DNA of 64,000 bases from the human T2T-CHM13v2.0 reference genome, Homo sapiens, in assembly GCF_009914755.1 (NCBI RefSeq), contig NC_060926.1. One strand, given 5' to 3'. Below are positions 11,765 through 24,585 of the stretch, piece by piece. Positions within the stretch are counted from its first letter, which is position 1, and each line of letters begins with the position of its first letter. Both the position numbers and the translations under genes were made by a program. The notes beneath the pieces are model-generated. The model made no database searches. It saw nothing but the letters and a program-made list of their open reading frames with translations, and had not been told where the DNA came from.

Positions 11765-12440
11765 GAGTTATTAATTACAAAAAATATACCTTTTATGATG
11801 GGGAAATCTGGTAGAAACCAATGTAATCAAGTGATCAAACTTACTGTGACCAATAATGGGACAAAGTGATATTATGTATTTCCAAATGTGATACACTGAG
11901 AAAGATACAAATCATCAGTATAGTATTCCTGCCAAAAATGCCTAAGCTGAATTTGGTAAGGAATAACCAGACAAATATTCTGCAAAATAATTTGCTGGAT
12001 CTCCAAAAATGTCATGTCATAAAAGAAAAAAATCTAGACTAAAGGAAATAAAGACACTCAAAACAAAATCCAGTATATGATCCTTTAGTGGACACTGGAA
12101 GGGAAAAGAACACCTATTAAGGACATTATTAGGACAATAGGAAAAATTTGAATATGGGCTAATTATAAGACTGCAAGTTTTTATCAATCTTTAATTTCTT
12201 AAATACAATAATTTTATTGCAGTTATGTAGGAGAATATTCCTATTGTTAGGAGATTCATGTCAAATTATTTAGATGTGAAATGCCATGATGTCTGCAATA
12301 AATTATTAAATAGTTCAGCCAAATGCTACTACTAATAATAAATATTAATATGTATATATTTACAGAGAGAGAAAAATAAAAAATGTGCAAACACATTAAC
12401 AGTTGATTAATCTATGTGAACAGGTGTGTAGTAATTCATA
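11765..12440 (+). mobile_element. Old L1 3' region (L1MC/L1ME-like)
   Basis: aaatctggtagaaacc..aatcaagtgatcaaa..gtagtattcctgccaaaaatg..aaggacattattaggacaat..gttatgtaggagaat. Confidence 0.75.
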
Positions 12441-14411
12441 GCTTCAGGGGATGGGGAGAGTCTATCAAACAGATTTCATGGAGCAAGGCATTGTCGTACT
12501 GCAAATTTTGGGTAAGTTATACATTTATAAAACTATACATTTGAAGTAACAGGCATTAAATGGCAGTAAGTAGAAGAAAAAATTCTATATTCCATAAACA
12601 ATAAACCCATCATATCTGTATTTCTAGCCATATTCCAACTGTTAATTTCTACATGAGGATTATCCTCAGGGTGGACTATCTATAGCTAATGTTTAACCGA
12701 AAGGAGCCCTTCACTCTATTTCTACCACATGTCCCCCTACCCACCAGCTTATCCGTAACCAAAGAATTCAACCCTAAAGTTCAGCCTTCCAAAGAAAACC
12801 TCCCAAATAAAAGAAGGCAATATATTCATATGAGAAACAACAATAATTTTCATAATATTCCCCATTTGAGACTGCCCACGCCAACACTTCTTTCAGTTTG
12901 TTTAATCATTAAAAGAAAATTCACTGTATTTGTATAATTAATCTTGAAATAGCCCTCACTAGTTTTAAATAGTGGAAATTATCTCCATCATCTCTTTGCT
13001 TTTCTTGCTCGTAAAACGGTAAAGTGGTCAATAAGCAATTTCTCAAATATTTAGCTCAACAACACCCAAAAAGAAGTAATGAATATGCCCACAAAAGGAA
13101 TGCAGGTGATCCATAGGCAATTTTTACTCTGCTCCCTACTATCAATTTTTAAAAATTGATAATAATACAATGAATGACATCACTTGATCAGCAGCTAATC
13201 CCTGGGCTACAAATGCTCATCCTGCCTCAGGTATTATTTAACCAATAAATCCTAACAAGGTGCATTTTATCATCCCACAGTGTGTCTCTAGCAGGAAAGG
13301 ACACAAGGTGATAGCAAAAACCACTAGGAACAAGATAATTCCTGACAGCTGCTGCTTGAGCACAAGTTAAATTGAACAGTTTATCTCAGCATGAAGATGT
13401 TATAAGGTTTTATGTTTAATATTTTTAAATTAACATAAAACCCAGAGAAAGCAGTTGAGCAATCTTTCACAAACATGACATACTACAATCACTGTATAAG
13501 CTGGATTAGTACTTATTACCATGCTACTACAGAATTAAGCTGTTTTTAGACCACCAAAGAGCTTTAAATTGCAACTTTTGTCTCTGTAAGAGAAACCTAT
13601 ATTTAAAATGTCTGCTAAATTCAAATTAACAGCTACATCATTAGCTTACCATTTCACCAAAAGTACAAGTAAGCTGCTACTATAATCATCTAACCAAAAC
13701 GGCTCTATGCTGCAAGCACATTAACACCATTCCATGTATTTGGGAAAAGGACCTGTACACGTTTCGATTGTTTCCAATACACATTGTATCTACATTTCAA
13801 GTCATATATGTTTAAAGAATCCGAAACAGTTAAACACAATGAAATTCGAGATTAAAGATTTTATTATTTTCTGCTCAATTTAAATAAATCAGTTGTTTGC
13901 CTTTTACCCTATTTACTTAATATGTAAAAAGAAAAGCTGAAATATACCTAAGGGCAGTAGTAGTGTGACCATTACCATTAAGATGCACACTTTTATATCT
14001 TAAATGGTACAGAAGGGAAGTGAAATGAGTAACAGAAGGCAGGCATTCAATATTCCAGCCACTGCCCATACATTTTAGTAATGATTCTTCATGGGCTAGG
14101 TCACCTCACTCTTGCCCCATGAAATCTTTTCAGTAGGCCCCTCTCCTCTCCTGAAGCTATTTATGACATAATGAGATAGTGTATACAATTTAACACAGAC
14201 ACCAGTTTGGGCTGTGTTACCACTCATACACAATTTCTTGCATGGCTTCAGGAGGCCTTTGACAAAAGAGTAAATTCTTCTAGCTGTGTCACTTTGCTCA
14301 ATACCTAAACTCCTGGTCTAGATTCATGTTGCTAAGACTCATTACCTAAGCCTTGGTTCTTTTCTTCCCTCTCATGCATTCCTGTTCCTTGATATCTACT
14401 CTCTAGGATCC

Positions 14412-14619
14412 TGTATTTTCTGTGATGCAGTATTTTCTATGATGATGAAAATGTTCTATATCTGTACTGTCCACATATGACTAGCTACATATGGCTATCG
14501 AGCACTTGAAATGTAGCTAGTACTCCTGAGGAACTAACTTTTAAATTTAATTTGATTAAATTTAAATTTAAATCGACTAGCCATATGTGGTTAGTGGCTA
14601 CTGTATTGGAAAGCACAGT
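14412..14619 (+). mobile_element. MER3 (hAT-Charlie) DNA transposon
   Basis: gatgatgaaaatgttctatatctgtactgtcc..gagcacttgaaatgtagctagt..tagccatatgtggttagtggctactgtattgg. Confidence 0.85.
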
Positions 14620-14929
14620 TCTGGATGAACCAGCTTTCCCTAACCTGACACCCATGTTTCCTGAATACAATTACCTGCTTAACTGATTTTCCTGAACAGA
14701 CCCTTGACCCGCTTGTGATAACCTAATTTCCATGTTCCTCCTGCCTAGATGAATTTCACCTACCCAGCTCTCCAGTTCTGGAATGGCATTATTTTTTCTT
14801 TTCCTTCTGAGAATTAGAAAATACACATTCACTATGGAAAATGTTTTAAGCACAAAAAATACAAATAAAGTGAATATCACCCATAACTATTCCAAAGAGA
14901 GATAGCTACTATTTGCATTTTGGTGCTCT

Positions 14930-15680
14930 AAGCATGTGCTGAGCACCTATTATTTGCAAGGCACTATGCTAAATTACAGACATAAAATGGAAAACAAAGT
15001 AGCTGAGGCAAGAAGAAGAATGACAGGTTGAGGAACTGAACGAAGACCAAGGAGGTTGGAGCCAATGGGAGAGTGGCCAAAAATAAGGGTGAAGATTCAA
15101 AGGTAAGACATGAAAATAATCTTGGTTTTGTGGTAAGAACAATAGGAAGAGCTGGAAGGATTTTAAGCAGGGAAGTGACAAAATCTTATATGTACATTAG
15201 GTATATTTTATTTTATTCTTTCCACTTTGTAACAGAAATACATTATTGCATACTTTCATTTCTTGCTTTTAACACCATGTTGTTTTGCCATGTTAAAAAT
15301 TATTTCTAAAAGGTATGATTTTTTATTACGCTTCATGATATGGTAAGTCATAATATCTCCAACTAGGGCATGATTTTTATACTCATGTCCATAAAGTTTT
15401 GAAATCTTCTCTGTATTAATCTCTTATATTTCTTTTGTTTATGTAATTCATGCATATTTAAATTACTTTTTAATACCAGAAAACTTTACTCTGACTACCA
15501 TATGGAAAGCAGACTGCAAGGAGTCATGAGTGGAAGAAGACAGCAAGAAGAAAAAAAATGACACTGTCTTGGGCTAAGATGCTAATATTGTGAGAGTGTT
15601 ACCAAGTGGCCTGACTGGGTGTACTGATAACTGTCAGGGTTTGCTGATAAAACTGGATATGAGAAGCGAAAGAGAGGACA
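14930..15680 (-). mobile_element. Fragmented L2 (interrupted)
   Basis: tgagcacctattatttgcaaggcactatgcta; ggaaggattttaagcagggaagtgaca; actctgactacc..gcagactg..gggtttgctgataaactggatatg. Confidence 0.6.
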
Positions 15681-17483
15681 GCTATTGCTTTCTTCCCTTT
15701 ATCACTTCCAAAGCACCTTGACAGAGTTTTAATTACAACAGAAACTCAATGATACATACACACATAAATGAAAATTACTCCCAAGCATTTCAAAAGTCTT
15801 TGGTTTCAACATATTTTTTAATTCATAAAACTTGTGTAGAGAGATAACTGAGTTCTAATATTCATTAATCATCAATATACAAAATTCATTTTAACACAAT
15901 TTGCTTTAGTTGTCAGCTACTTAATCTTAATTGGACCATTTCTACTGCATGTTTAAATGCTATGGATATTCAAAAACTTACAAGAACACTGCCTAACAAA
16001 ATGTTTCCCTTTGCTGAAACAATTAAAAATACAAGATGGAAGTCTTATCTGAAGGAAAAGGAAACACAGTCATTTAATCTCCCAGGTTCTTGTGGTGGTA
16101 ATTTACAGGCTGTTTATAAATAGAGTAGCCAGTTTCCCAAAAGCTGTCTCATCATGTGGCATCAATCGGACAGTTTTACTTTCTTCCATCATGTAATTTT
16201 CCTTTCCTGTGCTTATCACGATGGCCAGGAGAGCACTGTATACAAAAAAGCACTATATACAGAACACCTGTCAAGAAGGTAGGGAATCAAAGACTGTAGG
16301 CACAACCTGCCACTGAGCAGTATCTCCAACATAAGGCTGTTTTCTTAACATCTATCCTTGCTGCCATCATCAGCACTCTGAACTGTCTTACGGATGTTTA
16401 AGGAAACAAATTCCATAATGCCTATTGAGCTTCTTTAGCTAAAGGTGTCACTTAAATTCAGGTGTCTCTTAAATTATTCCTGCAAACGCTGAGTCTTTTA
16501 ACTCTTGGTATCTGGCACAGTGCTTAATCCATAAAAGACACTTTGTAATTATGTTTCTAACAAGAAAGGAAGATACAAGAAGAGAGGGTGAGCCTACTAT
16601 TTTAAAAAATCTATAAATACATTGAAATTTTTATTGCATACATTTAAACATTTTTTCATGTATGTGTTTATTTCTTTTGGGACTGGAGTTCATTATTAAG
16701 AGTATTCTTACAAGGTCCAAGGTAATATGAACCAGAACATTTGTAGATATATCTGTTTTTAGACATTCTATCAATAAGTCAACAAATCAGAACACTGTAA
16801 AATCTTTTGACTTGGCAATTTAAGAAGTATAAGATATCACCCCGTTCTAAAAGAACTGACAATATAATTGGTGAAATAAGCCGTAAATACAGGAAACATT
16901 AAATAACAATAAAAAAGATAAGTAACTGCTCTCTCCTGCACAAGAAATGTCACAAAGCAGTGTGAGATTGATTACGAATGAAGGCAGAGGCACTAAGTGC
17001 TATGGCCACTCAGTGGAAGAAAAGAGAACTAAGAGCAGTGAAAAACCAGGAAGTCTCAGAATTATCAGGGGTGGCAGAAGAGGCCCAGGTCCTGAGTTCT
17101 CGGGACTAAAAGGATCAGTGCTATTTGAATTAGTCAGAGAGGGCTAGCAGTTAGCGTTTGGAAAAAAATGAATAATCAGATAAAACTGAAACGGTGGCCC
17201 TCCTCAGACCCAGAAGTATCCAGATGCAGGATAAGAAGTTTGTACTTTATCTTTCAGCAATTTGGTGACTCACTGCATGTTCATTATTATACTAACAATC
17301 TTTTATTTTTTCTTATTCTTAATTAACTCAGTTTTTAATGCTTATTGGCCAAGAAAAAGATGGTTGTAAAGTGAGAAGATAAAGAAATAAATAAAGTACC
17401 ACTATAAATCACTATTATTCTCAAAATAAGGAAGATTACTCTAAATATAACCAAATACAGAAGATATAAAACCAGTTCCTTTA

Positions 17484-17785
<302 letters not shown>

Positions 17786-17929
17786 TTAAATCCATGGCTT
17801 TCCATGATCACTTTTTGATAATGGAATCCTTTAATCACCATAATATTGTAATGTTGATGGTAATATTTTAAAGGAAGATAGAAAACCACGTATCGTGCAA
17901 GGTTCTCTACACACATCACTACCACCACC

Positions 17930-18092
17930 CCTAAGAGATACGACTTATTATCCTCATTTTACTGGTTAAGAAATTAAAGCACAAGAGGTTTGGTTAAATG
18001 CTGAGACAACAGCAGTTACTAAGAGGTAAAGATGAGTTTCAAATTCAAGTTGATCTGGGCCTAAAGCCTCTACTTTTTCACTTACTCCACAC
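17930..18092 (-). mobile_element. MIR
   Basis: ttattatcctcattttactggttaagaaattaaagcac..gagtttcaaattcaag. Confidence 0.7.
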
Positions 18093-18231
18093 TGATTTTG
18101 AATCATCTTAAGATTAGTATGTGACTCAGTGTTTTTGTGTTAATTGTACTTATTAGAATCTGTGTTGGAAATATAAAAGAATATAAGTGGTACAAAGAAG
18201 AACTATACAAAAGTGAATAGTTTTATTTCAA

Positions 18232-18700
18232 CCCTTTATCCATCACATATTTACTGAGTGGCCAGACTGCTCTGGCTATACAAATTGTGGAGAGGTAATG
18301 ACCATCAGTAAAGGCTTTCCTAAGGAGATGCACTCTAGGAAGCATCCTAAATAACATGCAGGAGCGAGCCTCCTGGAATAACAAGGAGGAGGTCAGGGCA
18401 CTGGAATAGAGAGAGTGGCTAACATTAAGGGTGATGAAAGAAATGTCCGGCTTGGTTATTAAAAGTAAGAGGCTAAAGGTTTCTAGCTTACATAATCAGA
18501 TAGTGATGGTGTAATACTCCTTAACACAAGAGGAAAAAAATCCTGGTTTGGAGGAGAAATAAAGAGACATGTTTTGCAAATACTGAATATAAGTAGAGTG
18601 CCCAGTAGGTAACTGAAGATTACAGATAATAGGGTAATGAGAGGAAATACACTGGAGAGTTGATTTAAATAAAGAACTTGCCTGATCACCAAATATGTTT
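18232..18700 (-). mobile_element. L2 fragment
   Basis: atccatcacatatttactgagtg..aaggctttcctaaggagatg..ttttgcaaatactgaat. Confidence 0.55.
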
Positions 18701-18884
18701 GTTAAAAATGTGGGATCTAGTCTGTTATATAATTTTACATAACTATTCTATGTGGTTCTCCAATATTTAATATATTATCCCGTTTCTTCACACTGAAGTA
18801 TATATTCCTTGATAAGATAAATTAGATCTGCTGTTCTTTTCTTTAGTATCCTAGAGTTTTCCTAACTTGGCAGCTATCACTCTG

Positions 18885-18995
18885 GATTTTAAAGTTCCAT
18901 TAGGACAGGTCCTACATCTGTCTTATTCCCCATCCTAGCCACGTGCTTAACAAATATTTTCAAATAAGTGAATGAATAAATGGAGTGAATGGATC
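18885..18995 (+). mobile_element. L2 3' end
   Basis: aagttccattaggacagg..tgtcttattc..catcctagc..gtgaatgaataaatg tail. Confidence 0.65.
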
Positions 18996-21360
18996 ATTCA
19001 TTCCCTCAACGACTGTGAGAAAATAAAACTGGTTAACTTTCCATTTATACAGAAGTGTTCAATACAATATTCACTCCTACCATTAAAACAAGCTGGGAAG
19101 CATCCATGCCCATGGGTGCTTACATTCCCCATGCCCCATGGATGTGAACACCCAACACGATTCTATGATGTGTTATTTGATGTCATTTTTTATTGAGCTC
19201 ATTAGTTTTTCCTGGGGTCCCTAATAGTATTTCAGGCACTGTTCTCTGCTTCACCATCGTAAAGTATTCAAGACAGGATCCAAACAAAAGGAACTCAAGA
19301 GGAAAGGTAGATGTCAACCTGGTACAAAGATCAGCAATGTACAATATCTTGATAATAATTTTTGTCACCTTCAGGGATTCATGATCATTAGCCTTGAAGA
19401 AGTAAGTCAATTAACATGCAAAGAGCATCTAACTTGCTGAGTGTGCTGGGAACACTTCATATGGTGTTTTATCACCATAAACTAATATAATTAGTATGTG
19501 AAATATTTATAATTCATCTCATGATTAATCTATCGTACAAGACTATTCCTTAAAAGCAGCATATCATTTTACATTGGAATGTTCTTTGCCCTTTATTTCA
19601 TGCCACTCATGAGTCTCTGGAGTTCCCTTCTAAATACTATAAAGTTTGAAGACTGGAGACCCAAGGTAATGGATGTAAGTTCTATCATCACTGCAATCCG
19701 ACCCTATCAGTGTAGTCTAAAATTATACACATTTAAGGACCTACTGACCAGTCAAGCCAGAGCACTATCCACAAGTAAATTCAGAAAACTCTCTTGAGGC
19801 GCAAGCCTGAGAAACAAACCACAGGCAAGTACAGAGTGGCTTTTGGACAGTATCATGATTTAGGCTTGAATATTATGACACTATAATAATTAAAGTAATC
19901 ATGACAATAACAATAATAATATCTGCTTCGTGACAACTAAGCTGTTCCTGACAACCATGAAAAAAAAAAAAGTATTTTGTGCCCAAATAACAAATAAGCT
20001 AACCAGGAAAAATATAGGGACTTGCTATTTCTACTGAGTCCTATCTACTGATAAAACTATCAAAATAAAATATATCCTAAATATTCAGTCTTTCAGTAAT
20101 CAGTAATAACATCTAATTTTTTTGGTGCTTATGAGTATTTGCTTCAAGTTTGCTTCCCAGTTTGCTTTACTCTATTGAGTTACTCGTTTTATCATTTGAT
20201 TTGTTATGCTTCTCATAGAAATTATGTCTGTGTTTTGATTATTCCTCCAATGTTTGTTTTGGCAAGTTCACGACAGTTCTTTGAAATCCTCCTTAAATTT
20301 GGTGCTTAATATACCATTTGGAGAAATACCTCCCCACAAATAACTTAGTATCCCCAATGTTTTGCTATTTAATTACAAGGGTACCACTGAATAATTAATT
20401 ATAAACATCAAAACTAGCAAACTGTACTATGTACAGTAGGCATTCAAGAAATGTTTGAGAGAGAGTGAAATGTTTAATAATGTTGTACATCTGCAACAGA
20501 AAAAGAATCAAAGGTGAGTCTTAGGACTGAGTCCTGGTCCTTTATACACTTATTTTAAAGGTAAGACTTTTCACAAACACTGATTTGCTAAATCCTGTGT
20601 GTGAGAATTCTCATTTTAATATTAATTACCCCATATATCACAGAGGGGAAACATTTAAAAGCCACTTTTTTAAAGATCAAATGGAGTAAAACAAAAATTA
20701 AAAATTCTGTACACAGCTAAATTTAACAAACAAAAACATTGGTTTTCAAAAAACAAACAAAAAAAATGCTTCCGTTGATCACAACTGCCCTCTTTAAGTT
20801 ATATATTAGATTATCTAAAATGAAGTACTGGAGTCATTCAACACAACCTACATCACATGCTAACTTTCTGAGACACACTTTTCTGGGTCTCACCTAGCAT
20901 GAAACATGATATGTAGGACTCATCTAACACTACAGAAAGAAGGACCTTAAAATTTCCTAGGCCACACTTCTTTACCAGGTGACTGAAGAGCAGAAAATGA
21001 GGTCATCTGCCCCACGTTAGCCAGTAAGAGGCAAAAATAGAACCAGTGTGAAATCAGTAATAAAAAGAAAGTCACAGTTGCTGCTTGTGAGCCTGGACTC
21101 ATGATTCCAATAGTAAAAGCAACTTTTTCAAGTTAGACGTTTCAATGAAAATGCTCTCTAGTTACATGGGGGAAAGTTTACTCACCAAGAAAAAAAGTTT
21201 GAAAAACTTTATTTACAGTGTTTGTTTATTTTCTGTTTCATCCCTTCTCTCCACACAACGTAGACAAAGTACTTGAACTTTTGGTATAAATATGCAGTAG
21301 AGACTAATACAGATATCCACCTGACTCTTAATGATATCCGAATTTTCTATTGCCTACATT

Positions 21361-21420
21361 TGAGGGTCACATGTCTGAGGGTCACATATCTGAAGATCAC
21401 ATGTCATAGATCACATAATG
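21361..21420. repeat. 15-bp tandem repeat, 4 diverging copies
   Basis: tgagggtcacatgtc / tgagggtcacatatc / tgaagatcacatgtc / atagatcacataatg. Confidence 0.85.
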
Positions 21421-23619
21421 GCAGTCAAAAGCCTCTCTCAGCCATAAAAGACATTTACACATAGGCCATGGAATGGAGGCTTCCCTTCTGACTCAGAGCT
21501 GTCCCTTCTTCCTTTTTCTCTGCTTGTACATAACAATGGTCTAGAAATGCCAAGAAATACATAGAATGCCATAAGCGAAGTGAGAAGGGAACCTCAGATA
21601 TGGCCCAGGAAAGCCAGAAAAAAGGCTTTAGAAAAGGAGAAAACACTTGCGATGGCTATTAAAAGATGAGCAGAATGTCCAATTATTTTTGTGTTGAAGG
21701 CAGGGATTGGAAAGGGAAGAGATTATGGAGTTTCTATTCATACTGAACAGGAAAGGTAAATACTTGAGACCACAAATATCCACATTCTATTCAATTAAGC
21801 AAATATTTAACATATAAACATATATGTATAACACATATATAACTATATATATGTATGGTGTATATATATGATATCTATATGGTATCTATATAGTACATGC
21901 AAGATTCTGTCTAGTTGATAAGGAGTAAAAAAATAAACTAGATGGCATCCTGCTCCTTTGCATTTTGGCAGTTGAAATATAAATGGCTGACGTTCTATGA
22001 GAGTCAAATATCTAATATTTCAAATGTTGAAATATCACCATGTTTGTTTAATCCCCATATTTACATATACTGCTATTATTATTCCTTTTTAAGATGATGC
22101 CAACTCATTGTAAATGAATTTCATGATAAATTCCTCCCTTACTAGGTTCCCAAAGTTAAAAACACTCAGATGGGACATTCTAGTAACTTTTTTATAACAA
22201 CTCCTTGTCTTGAAAAACACTTTCAAAGAAATGTTAGTATTTTACCACTCCATAGGAATCAGTAACAAGGCGAGATTCTCCCAAGAATATTCCAACAGTC
22301 CTTGAAAAACTAAGACTGTCACAAAACCTGAGCATCTGGCAACTCTGCCACCATGAAGTATCCATATGGAAGAGACCAAAATGTGTCAAAGTACCCAAAA
22401 TGATTTTGGATAGTGTAGAAGATAGAATAAATAATTCAGTATCGTCAACACTTTCAACAGCAGGTAGTGGATATGCTACCTGCTTCTATAATGTGCCAGA
22501 ATGTAACATAAGTGTGTGAGGCTGTGTGTGGATGTGTGTGTGAGAAAGAAAGGCAGAGAGAATATCAGCATACATGAGGCTAAAAACTATTTTTATACAG
22601 AAATATTCCTAGGTAGTTCGCTGTAGGGACATCAGATCTTTACAAGCATAGGTTTATTGATATAAAGAAGGAAAAAAATTGAGCCAATGAAAACTTATTT
22701 TTAAGATAAACATTGCAACAGATACATTACTTCAGAGTCAATGAAAAAAGCCTGCATTAACAACATTATGTTTGAAATTGTATGTGCAAAAAAAGTCAGA
22801 AAATCCAAAATTATGGTTCCCTCAGCAACTATAACTGTGTCCTCATGCATATAGAGGTATTGTGCATTACTGTAATGATGATACATTTCAGCCTTAATAT
22901 CAGTTTATGCAATGTGACTGAATTAGGATTCTTCTGGGAACTATAACTTTGAATTTCTGGACTTTTTTGAATGTAAAATCTTAACCATAAAATTACATTA
23001 ATATAGGGTGGGGTTTTTGCATTTTACTTTCTGGCATTTAAAATAACAATAAAGAGTGAATGGCTGACAACATTAAAGTAGCAAAAGATTGGTTGATTTG
23101 CAATAATACAAAAAGGATTTGATACAGAGCTTAATGCCTTAAAATAGGGATGCACAAACTGCAGATCATAAAAAATAATCCCTTTGAAGATTAATCAAGA
23201 CAAGAACAGGTGAGACATCTTTCTAGGAGTAAGTAAATTTACTTGTTCTATAAAATTTTAGTTTCTGATTGGAAGATACTTTCATTTAACTATATTTTAA
23301 CATGGATATAAATAAAAATGCCTGAAATAATTCTTTCAACACATATTCCTGCATGTTATCAAGAAAAAAAATAGTGTTAAAACGGTCCCCCATATTTTCA
23401 ATAGTGTAAAGCTGGTTGGGAGCCACTTTTCCTTCTTGTACTTGCAACATGGTAGGACATAAACTGTAAGATGAAACTGCATTACCGTCACCAACCACTT
23501 TCTCATCATGGGGCCGAGGCTGATTCAAATATGGTTCACAAATGGAAAGAAACAGATACACAGTGATCAAGTTCAACTAAAGAAATAGTTAAGTGTATTT
23601 TATGCCGTTACTTAGGTAT

Positions 23620-24385
23620 TATACAAGCATGGAATAGCTGAGATGAAGTAAAGAACAGTGAGATAGTGAGTTCAGAAGAGAAGAGCCATAATCACATGTG
23701 TTTGAGGAATATTACAAATACTTTCATGGAGGTGGCATTTTCAATAGGCCAGACTGGATCTGTAGTTTTTCAACAAAGAGAAGACATTCCAGACAGAGAG
23801 CTTACAGAAATAAAAGTGGTCAATACTCAATTTGAAAACAAAAAGGTTGGCTGAAGGGGTTGGCTCATGAAAAAGTTGTAATAAGAAAAGCTGCAAATGC
23901 AGATTAAGTATATATTGTAGAGGACCTTGAATGCAAGGCTTACAAGTGAGCCAATGTGTACACAGTGCGGGGATGCTGAAGTTTCAGGCTATATTTTTTT
24001 AGGAGTAGAGAAACAAAAGGCAAAAATAACAAAACAAAAACAAAAAAATAAAAATTCCATAACAGTACACGTAAAGACTAAAGAAAAAGGGACCAGTTAT
24101 GAGATGATTAGAGCAATACAGACAAGTTGCAAAGAAAGTCTGAAGAAATGTAGTAACATTTCTCCTCTAAAGGAGGAGAAGGCACTAAAAATGTACCTTC
24201 AAGATTTTGAAATGTAATGACTATCGGAAAGATCATGCCATCATAAAAATATAAAATCAAGGACAGTGTCTCATGCAAGAAAAAAGAGTGACTGAACACT
24301 ATTTAGTAAATCTTAAGTTTAAGGTGTCAGGGTCTGTACAAACAAGCATTTCCTACAAAAATGTTGAGATATGGTCCTAAAGTTA
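23620..24385 (-). mobile_element. L2 fragment(s)
   Basis: ctttcatggaggtggcattt..gacattccagacagag..gaggaccttgaatgcaaggct..taagtttaaggtgtc. Confidence 0.55.
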
Positions 24386-24399
24386 CTGATTACAGCAAT

Positions 24400-24585
24400 A
24401 AAAATAATATTATCCTTTATACTTATATAAGCTTGTACCTTTCACTGTCTTTTTATCCTTCTAGTGTTGGTAATTACATCAGTTGTACAAATAAGAAAAC
24501 TGAGGCTCAGAAAGGATGACTTATCAAATCTCACATGAGTATTACATGGCAAAGTGAGACTGGAGACAGATTTTGGAACTTTTGG
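24400..24585 (-). mobile_element. MIR
   Basis: tacaaataagaaaactgaggctcagaaagg..gacttatcaaatctcaca. Confidence 0.72.

Noticed and set aside
19183-19410. Overlapping ORFs on both strands
   Set aside because: Short, with no recognisable domain and no convincing pair of splice sites compatible with GTDC1.
22459-22484. Small hairpin agcaggtag..ctacctgct
   Set aside because: A 9-bp stem is expected by chance in 64 kb; intrinsic terminators do not apply to this eukaryotic context.
23050-23576. Possible CR1/L3 remnant and 96-aa minus ORF
   Set aside because: Resemblance too weak to call without a Dfam search; the ORF has no recognisable family.
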